Of a stretch of 64,000 nt of DNA, positions 26,873 through 55,805 are shown one piece after another. The notes under the pieces are model-generated. The model was given only the letters and a program-made list of their open reading frames with translations, had not been told where the DNA came from and did not search any database. The stretch is from Octopus vulgaris (taxonomy: Eukaryota). Every line of letters starts with the position of its first letter. The first letter of the stretch is position 1. The position numbers and the translations under genes are program-made. The stretch spans positions 16,430,001 to 16,494,000 of the forward strand of contig OX597820.1 in assembly GCA_951406725.2 (NCBI GenBank). Direction: 5' to 3'.

Positions 26873-27291
26873 ACGTATATATATATATATATAATGGTAA
26901 TCTTGGAGGGAAAATACGAATTCACTCGTCTATATAAATTCGGATGTGCTGACTATCTTTTGTTATTTTCCGATGGCGCGTGATCGGGATGCAAAGAATA
27001 GGTTCCTAGCATTTTCAAATTTATAAATTCTTGAAATATTATGTTGAGGACGGAAATGAATTTGTATAGTTCTAATCTAGAAATTTTCGGTATGTGGTGA
27101 AGCAACTTGTTGCTTAACCCTTAATAGTTAATCGAAGACTGTTTGATTTCGTTATTTTTCCTCTTTTTGCCTATGTGAGTTACAAATATTGTTATCTGTG
27201 GAGTCTTATCTGTAGTAAAAAGAAATGAGCTGTCTTTTGGCTGCAATTTCTAAATTTTCGGTATGTGGTGAAGCAACTTGTTGCTTAACCC

Positions 27292-27352
<61 letters not shown>

Positions 27353-27365
27353 ATTCTTTCTTTTC

Positions 27366-27705
27366 TTTTACTTGTTTCAGTCATTTGACTGCGGCCATGC
27401 TGGAGCACCGCCTTTGGTCGAGCAAATCGACCCCGAGACTTATTCTTTGTAAGCCCAGTACTTATTCTATCGGTCTCTTTTGCCGAACCGCTAAGTGACG
27501 GGGACGTAAACACACCCGCATCGGTTGCCAAGCAATGCTAGGGGGACAAACACAGACACACAAACACACACATACATATACATATATATACATATATACG
27601 ACAGACTTCTTTCAGTTTCCGTCTACCAAATCCACTCACAAGGCATTGGTCGGCCCGGGGCTATAGCAGAAGACACTTGCCCAAGATGTCACGCAGTGGG
27701 ACTGA
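27366..27705 (-). mobile_element. SINE family A
   Basis: Near-identical to 54165-54500. Confidence 0.8.
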
Positions 27706-27835
27706 ATTCTATATATATATATATATATATATAAGTTCAGCAACAATTTAGATTCAAATGAATATTGTACTTAATTTAGATGCACCAAAATTTTGTATGG
27801 TGTTACCCATAAAAATATGCGGGGTGATTATAATC

Positions 27836-28374
27836 AAAAATAAGCAACAAGAATGACTCCGGTAATTTGGTACAATTGTTTCGCACTACAACATTTTATT
27901 AAAAGTTGTAAGTATTACAGCAGATTTAAGATGCTGAGTGCTCTTCAGCCAATTATATAGGTTTTCCAATAATATAAAAGCTTTCAAATCAAGTAGTAAC
28001 ATTTTAGAGAAGGTAGATATACACATAAAGATGTAGATTTAAATTTTAAGAACATATGAGGTTGTGAAGTTCAGCCACTAACCGACCAAACTATGGTTGT
28101 ATCTGACTGCTATAAGAATTAGAAGTCATAAATGGCTGAACTTCACAACCTCATATGTTCTTAAAATTTAAATCTACATCTTTATCTGTATATCTACCTT
28201 CTCTAAAATGTTACTACTTGATTTGAAAGCTTTTATATTATTGGAAAACCTATGTAATTGGCTGAAGAGCACTCAGCATCTTAAATCTGTTGTAATACTT
28301 ACAACTTTTAATAAAATGTTGTAGTGCGAAACAATTGTACCAAATTACCGGAGTCATTCTTGTTGCTTATTTTT
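27836..28374. mobile_element. Penelope-like fold-back element (~242-bp arms, ~55-bp spacer)
   Basis: 27836-28077 versus 28133-28374 with about 3 mismatches; between (TA)n tracts; hammerhead in each arm. Confidence 0.75.
28255..28347 (+). ncRNA. Type I hammerhead, canonical core, extended stem II
   Basis: TTGG-CTGAAGA-GCACT...AGTGC-GAAA-CAATT-GTA^CCAA; palindromic stem III ACAATTGT. Confidence 0.85.
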
Positions 28375-28376
28375 TA

Positions 28377-28419
<43 letters not shown>

Positions 28420-28430
28420 CGCGCGCGCGC

Positions 28431-28475
<45 letters not shown>

Positions 28476-29030
28476 TATCCTACTATAGACACAAGGATGA
28501 AAATCAAAGTCGTCCTCAGGAGAATTTGAATTCTGAAAGTAAGGCGGGAAGAATTGCCGCTAAGTATTTTGTCTGGAGTCTTAACGATTCTTATTTCTTT
28601 ATTACCCACAAGGGGCTAAACATAGAGGGGACAAACAAGGACAGACAAACGGATTAAGTCGATTACATCGATCCCAGTGCGTAACTGGTGCTTATTCTAT
28701 TGACTCCGGCAGGATGAAAGCACGAAGTCGACCTCGGCAAAATTTGAATTCAGAACGTAAAACCAGAAGATATGAAGCTAAACATTTCGTCTGGCGTATT
28801 AATCATATTGCTAACTCGCTTCCTTTCTTTGGTGTAAATAATGAAAAGCAAAATGACGATAAGCAGAACCAGACAAGATATATCTAAGCAAAGAAGGTAA
28901 AGAAAAGATTTTGAAATAAACTTGAAGATAATTAAATAAAACTGAATAAGCAGTATTCAGCGAGTAATGGTGGAAACATGTTGCATTCAGAAGTTTGGAT
29001 AATATATTAATTAAATTGATTAGAAATGGT

Positions 29031-29730
29031 AATCCTTTCTATAATAGGCACGAGGCCTGAAATTTGGGGGAGGGGTATAGTCGATTTCATCGACCCCAGT
29101 GTTTCGCTGGTACTTAATTTATCGACCTCCCAAAAGGATGAAAGGCAAAGTCGACCGCGGCGGAATTTGAATTCAAAACGTACGGACGAAATACTGCTAA
29201 GCATTTGGCCCATCGCGCTAAGGACTCTGCCAGCTCACCGCCTTTTTTTTTTTACTTTAAGCACAAGGCCCGAAATTTCTGGGCAGTGGGGCCAGTTCGA
29301 TTATATTGACTCCAGTACGCAACTGGTACTTAATTTATCGACCCCGAAAGAATGAAAGGCAAAGTCGACCTTGGTGGAATTTGAACTCAGAACGTAGCGA
29401 CGGACGAAATACTTATTTCTTTATTACCCACAAGGGGCTAAACAGAGTGGACAAACAAGGACAGACAAACGGATTAAGTCGATTACATCGACCCCAGCGC
29501 GTAACTGGTACTTATTTAATCGACCCCGAAAGGATGAAAGGCAAAGTCGACCTCGGCGGAATTTGAACTCAGAACGTAGCGGCAGACGAAATACCGCTAA
29601 GCATTTCGTCCGGCGCGCTAACGATTCTGCCAGCTCGCTGCCTTTTCTTTTTTACTCTAGGCACAAGGCCCGGAATTTCTAGGCGGGGGGGGGGGCAGTT
29701 CGATTAGATCGACCCCAGTACGCAACTGGG
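29031..29730 (-). mobile_element. Head-to-tail array of SINE family B (3 copies plus a partial one)
   Basis: Core repeated at ~29135, ~29350 and ~29530. Confidence 0.8.
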
Positions 29731-29850
29731 CCCCGACAATTATTGGTACTACTACCACTTTTTCCATCGACCACAACTGCTTAACCTGCCATGCTAACCT
29801 GTCGTATCTATCGACTTTTCTTTCTTCCTTATCATCTACCTTTTTTATTC

Positions 29851-29864
29851 GTCACCTGGGTAAC
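29851..29864. promoter_or_regulatory. Candidate RFX X-box
   Basis: GTCACC-TG-GGTAAC fits GTNRCC-N(0-3)-RGYAAC; in unique sequence ~6.9 kb upstream of the tektin ATG. Confidence 0.35.
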
Positions 29865-30677
29865 GAACGCTTGGGGAAGGATTTGAGGTGGGCTATCTGA
29901 AATCATAGGAATGTAAGATGAAATCGATTCCAGATTACCCCCTATCCAACAGTAACTTGAGATCGATTTCGTCCCACCCACCCATTCTCCGGTAACCAGA
30001 GCGCAATTTCAAGTTTCTGGGATGTGAGCTAAACGGGAGGTAATCTGAAATCGTTACAGCAGCGCTCTACTCATTCTGTTATCTAACAAATATATTGATG
30101 AATAATACGTTTAAAATAACAACTATATCTATTTAGTGTCCTTTACCCACTCTTTTTTCTTCGTTTTAATATTTCCTTTTTTTTTTCTTTTTGCTTTTTT
30201 TTGCTACACAAAACGCAACTTTTGCTGGAAATGAAAATAGACTGACTAGCCCGAACCATCTTCGGAGTTTTCCTGTACGTCTTCAATTTCGTTACCAACT
30301 TCATCGTAGTTTATAACAGAAGAGGATACAAAATAAAAGGCCGACCATAACGGATAAAAGATGAGCCGGTATGGCATTTCTTCTTTTCCATTCAATTTCT
30401 TTTATCATTTTTCTTGATAGAGTTTCTGTAAATAAATTCCCTCTATACACTCTATTTGCAGAAAAAAATAAAGAGGGAGGATTTCCTGACGGACCGTTTT
30501 ACGATTAGTTTATCAATCATCAGAGAAGACGTACCCTTTGTCTTTCTTTCCCAAACGTGAGCATATATAATTAATTTCAGAGCGAAAGCATTCTAATATG
30601 TTTAAATTCAACTCAGTATGTCTGATTCACGTAGCGTTGCGCATAAATATATACATACATATATATTCCAAGTGCAA

Positions 30678-31185
30678 TTGTTACGACTTTAACTTCCTCT
30701 AAGCGATCGTGTTCGGTCGTCTTCTCCGGGCCAACAGAGAACGCGCGGAACACCGACGACGCGCGGAACGCCGACGACGCGCGGAACGCCGACGACGCGC
30801 GGAACACCGACGATGCGCGGAACGCCGCCGCGCTTAAGCGGACTCTGTCGACCAGATCCGAGGACCACACAGGACCGATCGATCGGTAGTAGTGACGGGT
30901 GGTGTGCACAAAGGGCAAGGAAGTGATCGACGTGGGCTGATGACCCGCGCATACCGGGAATTCTTCGTTCACGTGGTTGGTTCCAGGCCCCGATTCCTAT
31001 CACGGGAGGTGGTTCAGTGGTTTCCCGACCCTCTCGGGCCGGAGGAGACGCGCCCGCTGATACCTCCAGTGTAGCGTGCGTGCGGCCCCGGACATTTAAG
31101 GGCATCACAGACCTGTTATCGCTCCGCCTCGTGCGGCTTTCTGCCGCCCGTCGCTCTAAGAAGCGCTGCGTTCGCCAACCGACTG
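30678..31185 (-). pseudogene. 18S rRNA 3' fragment (pseudogene)
   Basis: Reverse complements of conserved 18S motifs (TTGTTACGACTTT.ACTTCCTCTA; GACGGG.GGTGTG..CAAAGGGCA; AAGGGCATCACAGACCTGTTAT) with CpG-type substitutions; isolated, about 500 bp. Confidence 0.9.
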
Positions 31186-31389
31186 GCCCGGATGCAGTCA
31201 TTACACTGTGGACATGCTGGGGCACTGTTTTTTAAAGAATTTTTAGTCGAACGAATCGATCCCAGGACTTTCTTTTTAAAGCCTGATACTTTATTTTGCC
31301 AAACTGTTAAGTTACAGGGGCGTAAACACACCAATCCCAGTTTACATGTGTGTATATATATATACACACACACACATACATACATATAT

Positions 31390-31454
<65 letters not shown>

Positions 31455-31521
31455 CAGAAAGACAGATAGATAGATACGTACATATAATAAATACGTATGT
31501 AGATATATATTACATATATAA

Positions 31522-31576
<55 letters not shown>

Positions 31577-31581
31577 TATAC

Positions 31582-31641
<60 letters not shown>

Positions 31642-31929
31642 ACATATATATGTATATACATACATACAGACATACATAATGTACCATTCCTCTTTTTCAT
31701 ATAAAATACTTTGACGCAGTCATGTTCTGACATGTTTCTCTTTCCCTCTCTCCTTTCCCCCTCTCTTTCTCTTTCTCTCTCTCTCTCGTCATCCTCCTTT
31801 TCTTTCTCCAACTCTCTCTCTCTCCTTCTCTCTCTCTCTCTCTATGCCTTGTTTTCTCTCCCTCTCTTCACAATTGCGATAAACGATTCTTAACAAATTG
31901 CTGCACAACAGGAACACGGCTTTCGCTTC

Positions 31930-31990
<61 letters not shown>

Positions 31991-32398
31991 TTATTATTAT
32001 TATTCTTTCTTTGTTCTACGCCCTCCCCCAAGACAAGGGTGTTAAACCAAATTATTAACAATTGATTTGCAGAAATACAAATAAGAAGAAAAAAAAGCAA
32101 AATCAACAAAAAAAAACTATAAATAATTACACAAAAAGAGAAATCAATTAACAATAAAAACAACAACAGCCACAGGAAAAGGAGGATTTCAACGCGAGCT
32201 GCGGAGCAAAACATCAACTGTTGCCATTTTTGAGCGAGATTTTGTCCGGTTCGTTAGCTTCTGTTTTTGCTTTTAGCAACGCCTTTGCAAATACGCCATT
32301 TTTTTTTCTGGGGTTACTCTCTCCGCACCTCATCTTCTGTTGTTTAATTCCCCTCTTTTATTTCTGTATTTCTTTTTATTTGTTTCCTTGCTGAGGTA

Positions 32399-32910
32399 CC
32401 GTAAATCCTCGAGTATTTTCCGCATTTTCTTCCCAAAATTTAATGGTCAATATCCCTACTGCGTACTATATACTAGGATAAAAATGAAAATTATTTTCTA
32501 AGCAATGTCCGAGTCTCTATTTGTTGTCCGGCAATGTTTATTCAGACGCATTTTGTGATGTCAGGCGCAAAAATACCTTAAGCTAAGCCTGAAAGCAATG
32601 AAGTCATAAAAGAATCATCCGTAACTTGCAGTTAGCAACATTTATTAAACGTTATTACTGTTATTTCTTTATTTTCTGCAAACAAAATGCACAAAAAAGC
32701 TACACGTTTGCATTATGTTATATGTACAATAATAATAAAGGACGTTACCGTATACAGTTTTACAAACCAAGGACGTTATATAGACCTCCTTGACTCAAGT
32801 TAGAGAAGGGGTTCGTGTTATACACAAGGTTTAGATTTTTCAGAGGTACAGCCCCCTAACAATCCCCTATGTATTATACTCAAGGGCAGACTATACTCGA
32901 GGATTTACGG
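32399..32910. mobile_element. pogo/Tigger-like MITE
   Basis: Perfect 18-bp TIRs CCGTAAATCCTCGAGTAT/ATACTCGAGGATTTACGG; TA TSD. Confidence 0.85.
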
Positions 32911-33279
32911 TATTTACGAGAGTAAATAGTGAGATACCAGAGAAAGTATACATGTAAAATGATGATAATTGCTTCGTTTTGTCAGATGACGATTGTCTCA
33001 CATTCAAACGGAATGTTTGGATTTGGGACTTGGGATTTTGGATTTATTCTCATCCATGCAAGTGCACAGATATGGCTTTTCACAGATATGGCTTTTTACG
33101 CCACGCTTCCATTGCCATAGGTCTTTATATAATACAAATCGGATCAAGAACTGAAACGGCAGTAGGATATATGTTCTAATGACCTTCCAAAAGGTCTGAA
33201 AAAGCAACGTTTTTGTAAAAGCCTCTCTTTCATAAAATGCAGTCATGGCGTGTAGTTGCGAGATTACTTCACACACGCG

Positions 33280-33317
<38 letters not shown>

Positions 33318-33378
33318 TGTATGCGTACGTTCTATTTTAGCGCTGATATTGGTACGAACCTGAAATGTGAGGGCAGAT

Positions 33379-33471
<93 letters not shown>

Positions 33472-33483
33472 AGAGAGAGACAC

Positions 33484-33514
<31 letters not shown>

Positions 33515-33583
33515 TAGACAGATAGAGAGAGAGATAAAGAGAGACAGACAGACAGACAGGTAGACAGAGAGAGATAGGTAGAT

Positions 33584-33626
<43 letters not shown>

Positions 33627-33872
33627 GTAGGTATGTGGGTAGGTAGGTATGTAGGTAGATAGATAGATATATATATATATATATACTACAAAATTAGAGA
33701 GTGGAGAAACATACTTAAATCAATAAAACATCAACTATCCGATGATACCTAATCAATACTTTAATACACCATTACATATGAGTAGAGGCATTATACAAAA
33801 AGAGATATACATTAATAGTAAAAAGATAAAGAGATATAAGTAAAAAATTTCAAATATAATATGCAATTAATC

Positions 33873-33988
33873 AAAACTGACAGCTGTTTCGGCAGTGAGG
33901 GCAGTCATACCTCATTTAACCTATAAGCCATAAAGGCAGGTATAAATGAGGCATTAACAAGGATGCCCCACGGCCTCTTCAGAGAATT
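33873..33988 (-). ncRNA. Type I hammerhead with an 85-nt stem II domain
   Basis: Minus strand CT-CTGAAGA-GGC...GCC-GAAA-CAGCT-GTC^AG; palindromic stem III ACAGCTGT; stem I weak. Confidence 0.7.
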
Positions 33989-34240
33989 AAATTAAATTTG
34001 TTATAATTGTGAAAAATATTATATAATCATATACATATAAATATAAAAATATAAAAATGTAAAATATAAAAACTTATACATCATAATGCTACACTTATAT
34101 AATATAATACACATTGGTACAATAAAGGAAGGTAGACAGAACAAAATAAAACAAAATATATATCAGTGTATATATTAATATTAATAAGTACCGATATTAT
34201 ACATATTTGGCTAATATTTTTTTTTAAAAAAACCTAACAC

Positions 34241-34322
<82 letters not shown>

Positions 34323-35581
34323 TGAACAAACACATACACGTACATATATATTTGCAATAAAAAATCATACATACATACATACATACATACATACATACAT
34401 GGCAAGAAATCTTGAAATAAACATATATACATGCATACATATATTAGCATGAGTACATTAAAAACACTTAAACCTACTTACTGGTGCGCCTTGACAAGAA
34501 GTTCCCTGTTGATTCAAAGGACTTGTTACACCTTGATGTATAAAGTAAGATATATGAATGCTACGTAACCAAATACTCCAATGCAGTGTCGCTTCTGCCA
34601 ATCCCCTGTCCCCTCCTAAATAGCTAATAAATAATTATCTCTAACATTTTCCCTACAAGTTGAACTAACCAACTGCCAGGAATATGTTTAATAAGTGAAA
34701 TTGGTTTACACCACTAAATTTAGTGGTTATTAAAACAGCCTGTTCGTGGATGGTTAATGTTTTAGATGTGGGACTGAACAAGGAGCAATAACTCCCGAAA
34801 TATGTATATACACACATTATCTATTTTTCTGTCATAGATTGCATTGTTTAAATGGACAGATTCGTATACAAAACGATGTAACTTTCGATGTTGGCTCTAA
34901 TTTCAATAGAAAATCTGTAGAAATAACTGCCAACACAATTAGAATGCAGAATTGACTGACAAACCTTTAATACACTTGGTGGTATATTATGGTTTAATAT
35001 ATTTGATAGGATGTTGAATAATTTAATCGCACTGCTAACACAGTAAGGACACAGTATTGAATTATAAAACCTTTCACATACTTTGTAGTATATTATGATG
35101 GTTGCATAACGAAATGCGGTGTTCCTACAAGCAATTAATAAAATACCAGATAATTAATTGCTTCAAACCTTGGAACAAAGCCAGCAATTTTAGGTACAGG
35201 GTTGATCAATTACATCGATACCAAAATTTGATTGGTACTTTATTTTATCGACTCCGAAAGGGAAAAAGGCAAAGATGACCTCGTCGGTATTTCAACTCAG
35301 AGCATAAAGAGTCGGAAGGAATACCGCTAAGCATTTTGTCTGACGCGCTAACGATTCTGCCAGCTCACCGCCTTTGGCTTGAAATGTTGAGATCGATAAA
35401 ATGAATATCATTCAAATATTGATATCGATTAAGTCGATCGTAATCTTCTCTCGAAGTTGCTGCCGAAATGGGATGGCGGAGATCTATGTTAGAATATTTA
35501 TGTTTATATAGGCGGTGCCCCAGCATGACCGTAGTCTAATGACTAAAACAAGGTAAAGATAAAATTAAAAGGATATATTTA

Positions 35582-35749
35582 GGTGCAGGAAGGTATGGCT
35601 GTGTGGTTAAGAAGGTCACTTTGCAAACGTGTGGTTCCGAGTTCAGTCCCACCGGGAGGCAACGGGGGCAAGTGTCTTCTACTATTGCTCCCAGCTGACC
35701 GATGCCTTGTGAATGAACTTGGCTGACGGAAACTGTGTAGAAGCCCGTC

Positions 35750-35812
<63 letters not shown>

Positions 35813-35885
35813 TGTGTCTGTGTCTGTGTGTGTATCTATAACTTAATGATTCGGCAAAAGATATCGATAGAATAAGTACCCGGCT
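35582..35885 (+). mobile_element. SINE family A (diverged)
   Basis: Head and internal (GT)n match the family. Confidence 0.65.
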
Positions 35886-35980
35886 TTAGCGCAAGACTTA
35901 AAATTGCAATGACCAATTGATAAAATAGCTAATATCTCTCTCTTTCTCCCTCCTTTTCTCTCTCACCCTCTCTCTCTCTC

Positions 35981-36070
<90 letters not shown>

Positions 36071-36092
36071 TCTCTCACCCTCTCTCTCTCTC

Positions 36093-36150
<58 letters not shown>

Positions 36151-36167
36151 ACACACAGATTCTAAGG

Positions 36168-36693
36168 CAGAGGTCACCAAATTACGGCCCGCGAGGTCAG
36201 TTCATCCTGCCTGTCACTGCACTGTACCTTTTGTGTAAGTACCTGCAATGAGAGTTCATTTGCCTCTGCTGTGGCATCAGTGTTTAGAACAACTTATGTC
36301 TGTGAGCAAATGTTTTCAAGAATGAAGAATGTGAAGTCAGCCCATCGAATGAGGTTGACTGATGAACATTTGAAAGCAATTCTCTTGGTTGGATGCAGCA
36401 ATTCCAAAGCAAATATTGATGACGTCTTAAAAATTAAACACCAGTTTCGCAAATCTCACCAACCTTTTTTGCTGTTTTGTTCGTGAGATTTGATTATGTG
36501 CGCATCGGATATTGATATAACTATCTTTTTGTTAAACGTCGCCTTCTTCGAAAACTTTTTGGTAAATAAATATGTTGGCTGTCTTTATTTTTTGTGTATT
36601 CATTGTATTGTATTAAACAAAACGGTTATGCGGCCCGCGCTCATCATTCTCTCAGTTATCTGGCCCGCCGGGAAAAAAGTTTGGTGACCCCTG
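36168..36693 (+). mobile_element. Internally deleted hAT (Charlie/SPIN-like) element
   Basis: TIRs CAGAGGTCACCAAA/TTTGGTGACCCCTG; degenerate 8-bp TSD; dimerisation motif FRTTYVCEQMFSRMKNVKSAHRMRLTDEHL. Confidence 0.85.
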
Positions 36694-36750
36694 GTCTTAG
36701 GCATTATGAAAATTCATTTATTTTTTGGTTTTTCTTTTTTTCCTTTCAGA

Positions 36751-52863
<16,113 letters not shown>

Positions 52864-53050
52864 ATGCTGTTCCTATGTACGAGATATGTCTATAATTTCA
52901 AAAACTATTTTCATGTTTTACAGCGACTTTTTTTTCAATGAAAAAATTGCTAGGTCAAATTTCAAAAACAGGTCTTTTTTTAAAATTATGTATTGAATAT
53001 TTTCTAAAAATTATCTTATTTTTATCTCAGAAACTTGGACATTTAATTAG

Positions 53051-53579
53051 CCCTTTAGCACTTAAACCAGCCATAACAGACCAAAATATTTTACCTACTT
53101 TTATGTTCAAACTAGCTAGATCCAACCTATCACTCCTACCCTACAATGTCATTCTAAAAATAAGCAATCACCTCATTAAATGTCAAGGCTACAAGATAAT
53201 GCAGGATTAATTCAAAGTGACGTGAATAAATAAGAATTATATTCCACAGGTGGAGGCGCAATGGCCCAGTGGTTAGGGCAGCGGACTCGCGGTTGTAGGA
53301 TCACGGTTTCGATTCCCAGGCCGGGCGTTGTGAGTGTTTATTGAGCGAAAACACCTAAAGCTCCACGAGACTCCGGCAGGGGATCCCTGCTGTACTCTTT
53401 CGCCACAACTTTCATTCTTTCTTCTGTTGGCCTGCTCGCTTAGCCAGCGGGGTGGCGTTATTTGAAGGCTAAAACAATGCGAAGTGCATTGTGACCAGCG
53501 ATGTATAGCAACATCTGATAGCCTGGTCGGTCACGGTGATCACGGTGATATTTGACAGAGTAACGTGAATGCTAAAGGG
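53051..53579. mobile_element. piggyBac-like MITE with SINE C inserted (53250-53548)
   Basis: CCCTTTAGCA...TGCTAAAGGG-TTAA termini; same family as 59682-59897. Confidence 0.7.
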
Positions 53580-54164
53580 TTAAAACTTGGAAGGTTTTGT
53601 TGTCTTTTTTTTTACAAGCTTATATTTAATATTTGCACAAATTTGTTTCAGGGGAAAAAAGGAATTTGTAACATTGATTTGATCCAAATAAATGTTAATT
53701 TCTTCGTGTAACACCAAAATACAATTTCGCCATCGTATAACTAATGAAGTATTATTGTCTCATACATGGCCTCTAAAAATTGACATGTTGCTCATAATAA
53801 ACTTTCAAACACTCAAAGTATAACATTTTTAATCCCTTCTGGACTCGTTACATGTCTCAAGCGTTTTCATAACTTTGTCCTTGAACGTCCTTGCTTGTTT
53901 TGGGGACTTTTAGACCTTGTTTTATCATTATTTAATGCCCATTGTCCATGCTGGAATGGGCTGGGCGGTTTGACCAGGGTGCACTAAACTCCACTCTGAT
54001 TTGGCATAGTTTCTACGGTTTGATGCCCTTCCTAACACAAACCACTCCCGATAGTGCAATAGGTGCCTCTTACGTGCCAACTACGTGACACTGACATCGA
54101 TCACATTGCTTCCGTGAGGCCCAACGTTCGAATGGTGCCTTTTACGTGCCAGATACTCTCTTTT

Positions 54165-54557
54165 TATTTGTTTGTCATTTGACTGCGGCCATGCTGGAGC
54201 ACCGCCTTTAGTCGAACAAATCGACCCCGGGACTTATTCTTTGTAAGCCCAGTACTTATTCTATCGGTCTCTTTTGCCGAACCGCTAAGTGACGGGGACG
54301 TAAACACACCAGCATCGGTTGTCAAGCAATGCTAGGGACACACACACACATACACACATATATATATATATATATATACACACATACATATATACGACAG
54401 GCTTCTTTCAGTTTCCGTCTACCAAATCTACTCACAAGGTATTGGTCGGCCCGGGGCTATAGCAGAAGACACTTGCCCAAGATGCCACGCAGTGGGACTG
54501 AACCCGGAACCATGTGGTTGGTAAGCAAGCTACTTACCACACAGCCACTCCTGCGCC
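54165..54557 (-). mobile_element. SINE family A, full length
   Basis: Reverse complement of the 22259-type element. Confidence 0.85.
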
Positions 54558-54562
54558 TAAGT

Positions 54563-54880
54563 CTACGTGACACCGCTATCGGACACATTACCACCGTGAG
54601 GCCCAACGCTCGAGTAGTGCTTTTTACGTGCCAGTTACATGACGCCAGCATCGGACACATTGCCTGTGAGGCCCAACGCTCAAATGGTGTTTTTCACGTG
54701 TCTGCTACATGACACCAGCATCAGACACATAGCTTCCGAGAGAACCAACACTCGTATGATGCTTTTTACGTGACGCTGGCGTCGGCCACATTGCCTCCAT
54801 GAGGTCCAACGCTCGAATGATGCTTTTTACGTGCCAGCAAAGTGACACCGGCCACATTGCCTCCGTGAGACCCAACGCTA
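54563..54880. repeat. Tandem ~55-73 bp repeats (GACAC..CACATTGCCTCCGTGAGGCCCAACGCTCGA..TGCTTTTTACGTG)
   Basis: About 5 copies, plus one at 54083-54150 before the SINE. Confidence 0.8.
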
Positions 54881-55093
54881 TTCTGAATACTATAAAGCCT
54901 TCCTTTCCTAAATCCCAAGTTACTCTGGTAGTTGAAAACGATCTGGGAATGCAGATGACACGTGATGCATGAACACCAGGGGAATAAGTCCTGTGTATCA
55001 CATGATATAGAAAACAAGCAAAGGGTTAAAGAAGTATATACTCGTCTTATATTACGGAAGCAGGGGGCGCTAAGCAGTGGTAAGTATAATTAC

Positions 55094-55235
55094 AATGTTA
55101 TTACCAATCCAAAAATGCTTCAGGCACGTTCGAACTGGGGAACAAGCCATTCACTTTCTCCATGACAAAACACAGTGAATGGTTTGTTTCCCAGTTCGAA
55201 CGTGCCTCAAGCATATTTGGACTGGTAACAACATT
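55094..55235. repeat. Imperfect inverted repeat (~62-bp arms)
   Basis: 55094-55155 versus 55174-55235. Confidence 0.85.
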
Positions 55236-55618
55236 ACTCTTCTTATATTTCGTAATAAAGGTGGCAAGTTCTGTTTTGGCATGGTTTCTACAGCTTCATG
55301 CCTTTCCAAATACCAACCACTTTACAGAGTGTACTGGGTGCTTTTTATAAAAATTCTAAAAGTTAAAAAAGAAAAAACTTTTTTTTTCTGTAATTTTTGT
55401 GAAACAAATATTGTATGCAAGTGAACGGTCTCTTTCCTCTTAAAATACTGACGCTGGGGAAATTTACCAAAAAAAACAAAAAATAAAAAAAAAAACCAAT
55501 GAGAATAGAAATGAAGTGAAAAGTACTTTTATTTCAATCTAAATGTATGGATAGACAGAACAGATATAGGTTTCTGAGAATTTGACTGTCATAACAAATG
55601 AAGTGACTGTCAATGGAG

Positions 55619-55650
<32 letters not shown>

Positions 55651-55805
55651 AAATGTTGAAAGCGCCAGATCTCAGAGACTGATCTGTAAGGAATACAGAA
55701 TACATTTTGTAAGTCTTGAGACAAACTTACTAAATACATTTTGTCAGTCAATCAGAAGGAAATGGAAAGAAAATTGAGACAAAATAATGAATAGTTTTTA
55801 AAGAG

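Noticed and set aside
30678-31185. Functional rRNA gene, or the GC-rich ORFs 30613-31235 as genes
   Set aside because: Only a mutated ~500-bp fragment with no ITS or 5.8S; the ORFs are incidental frames of rDNA
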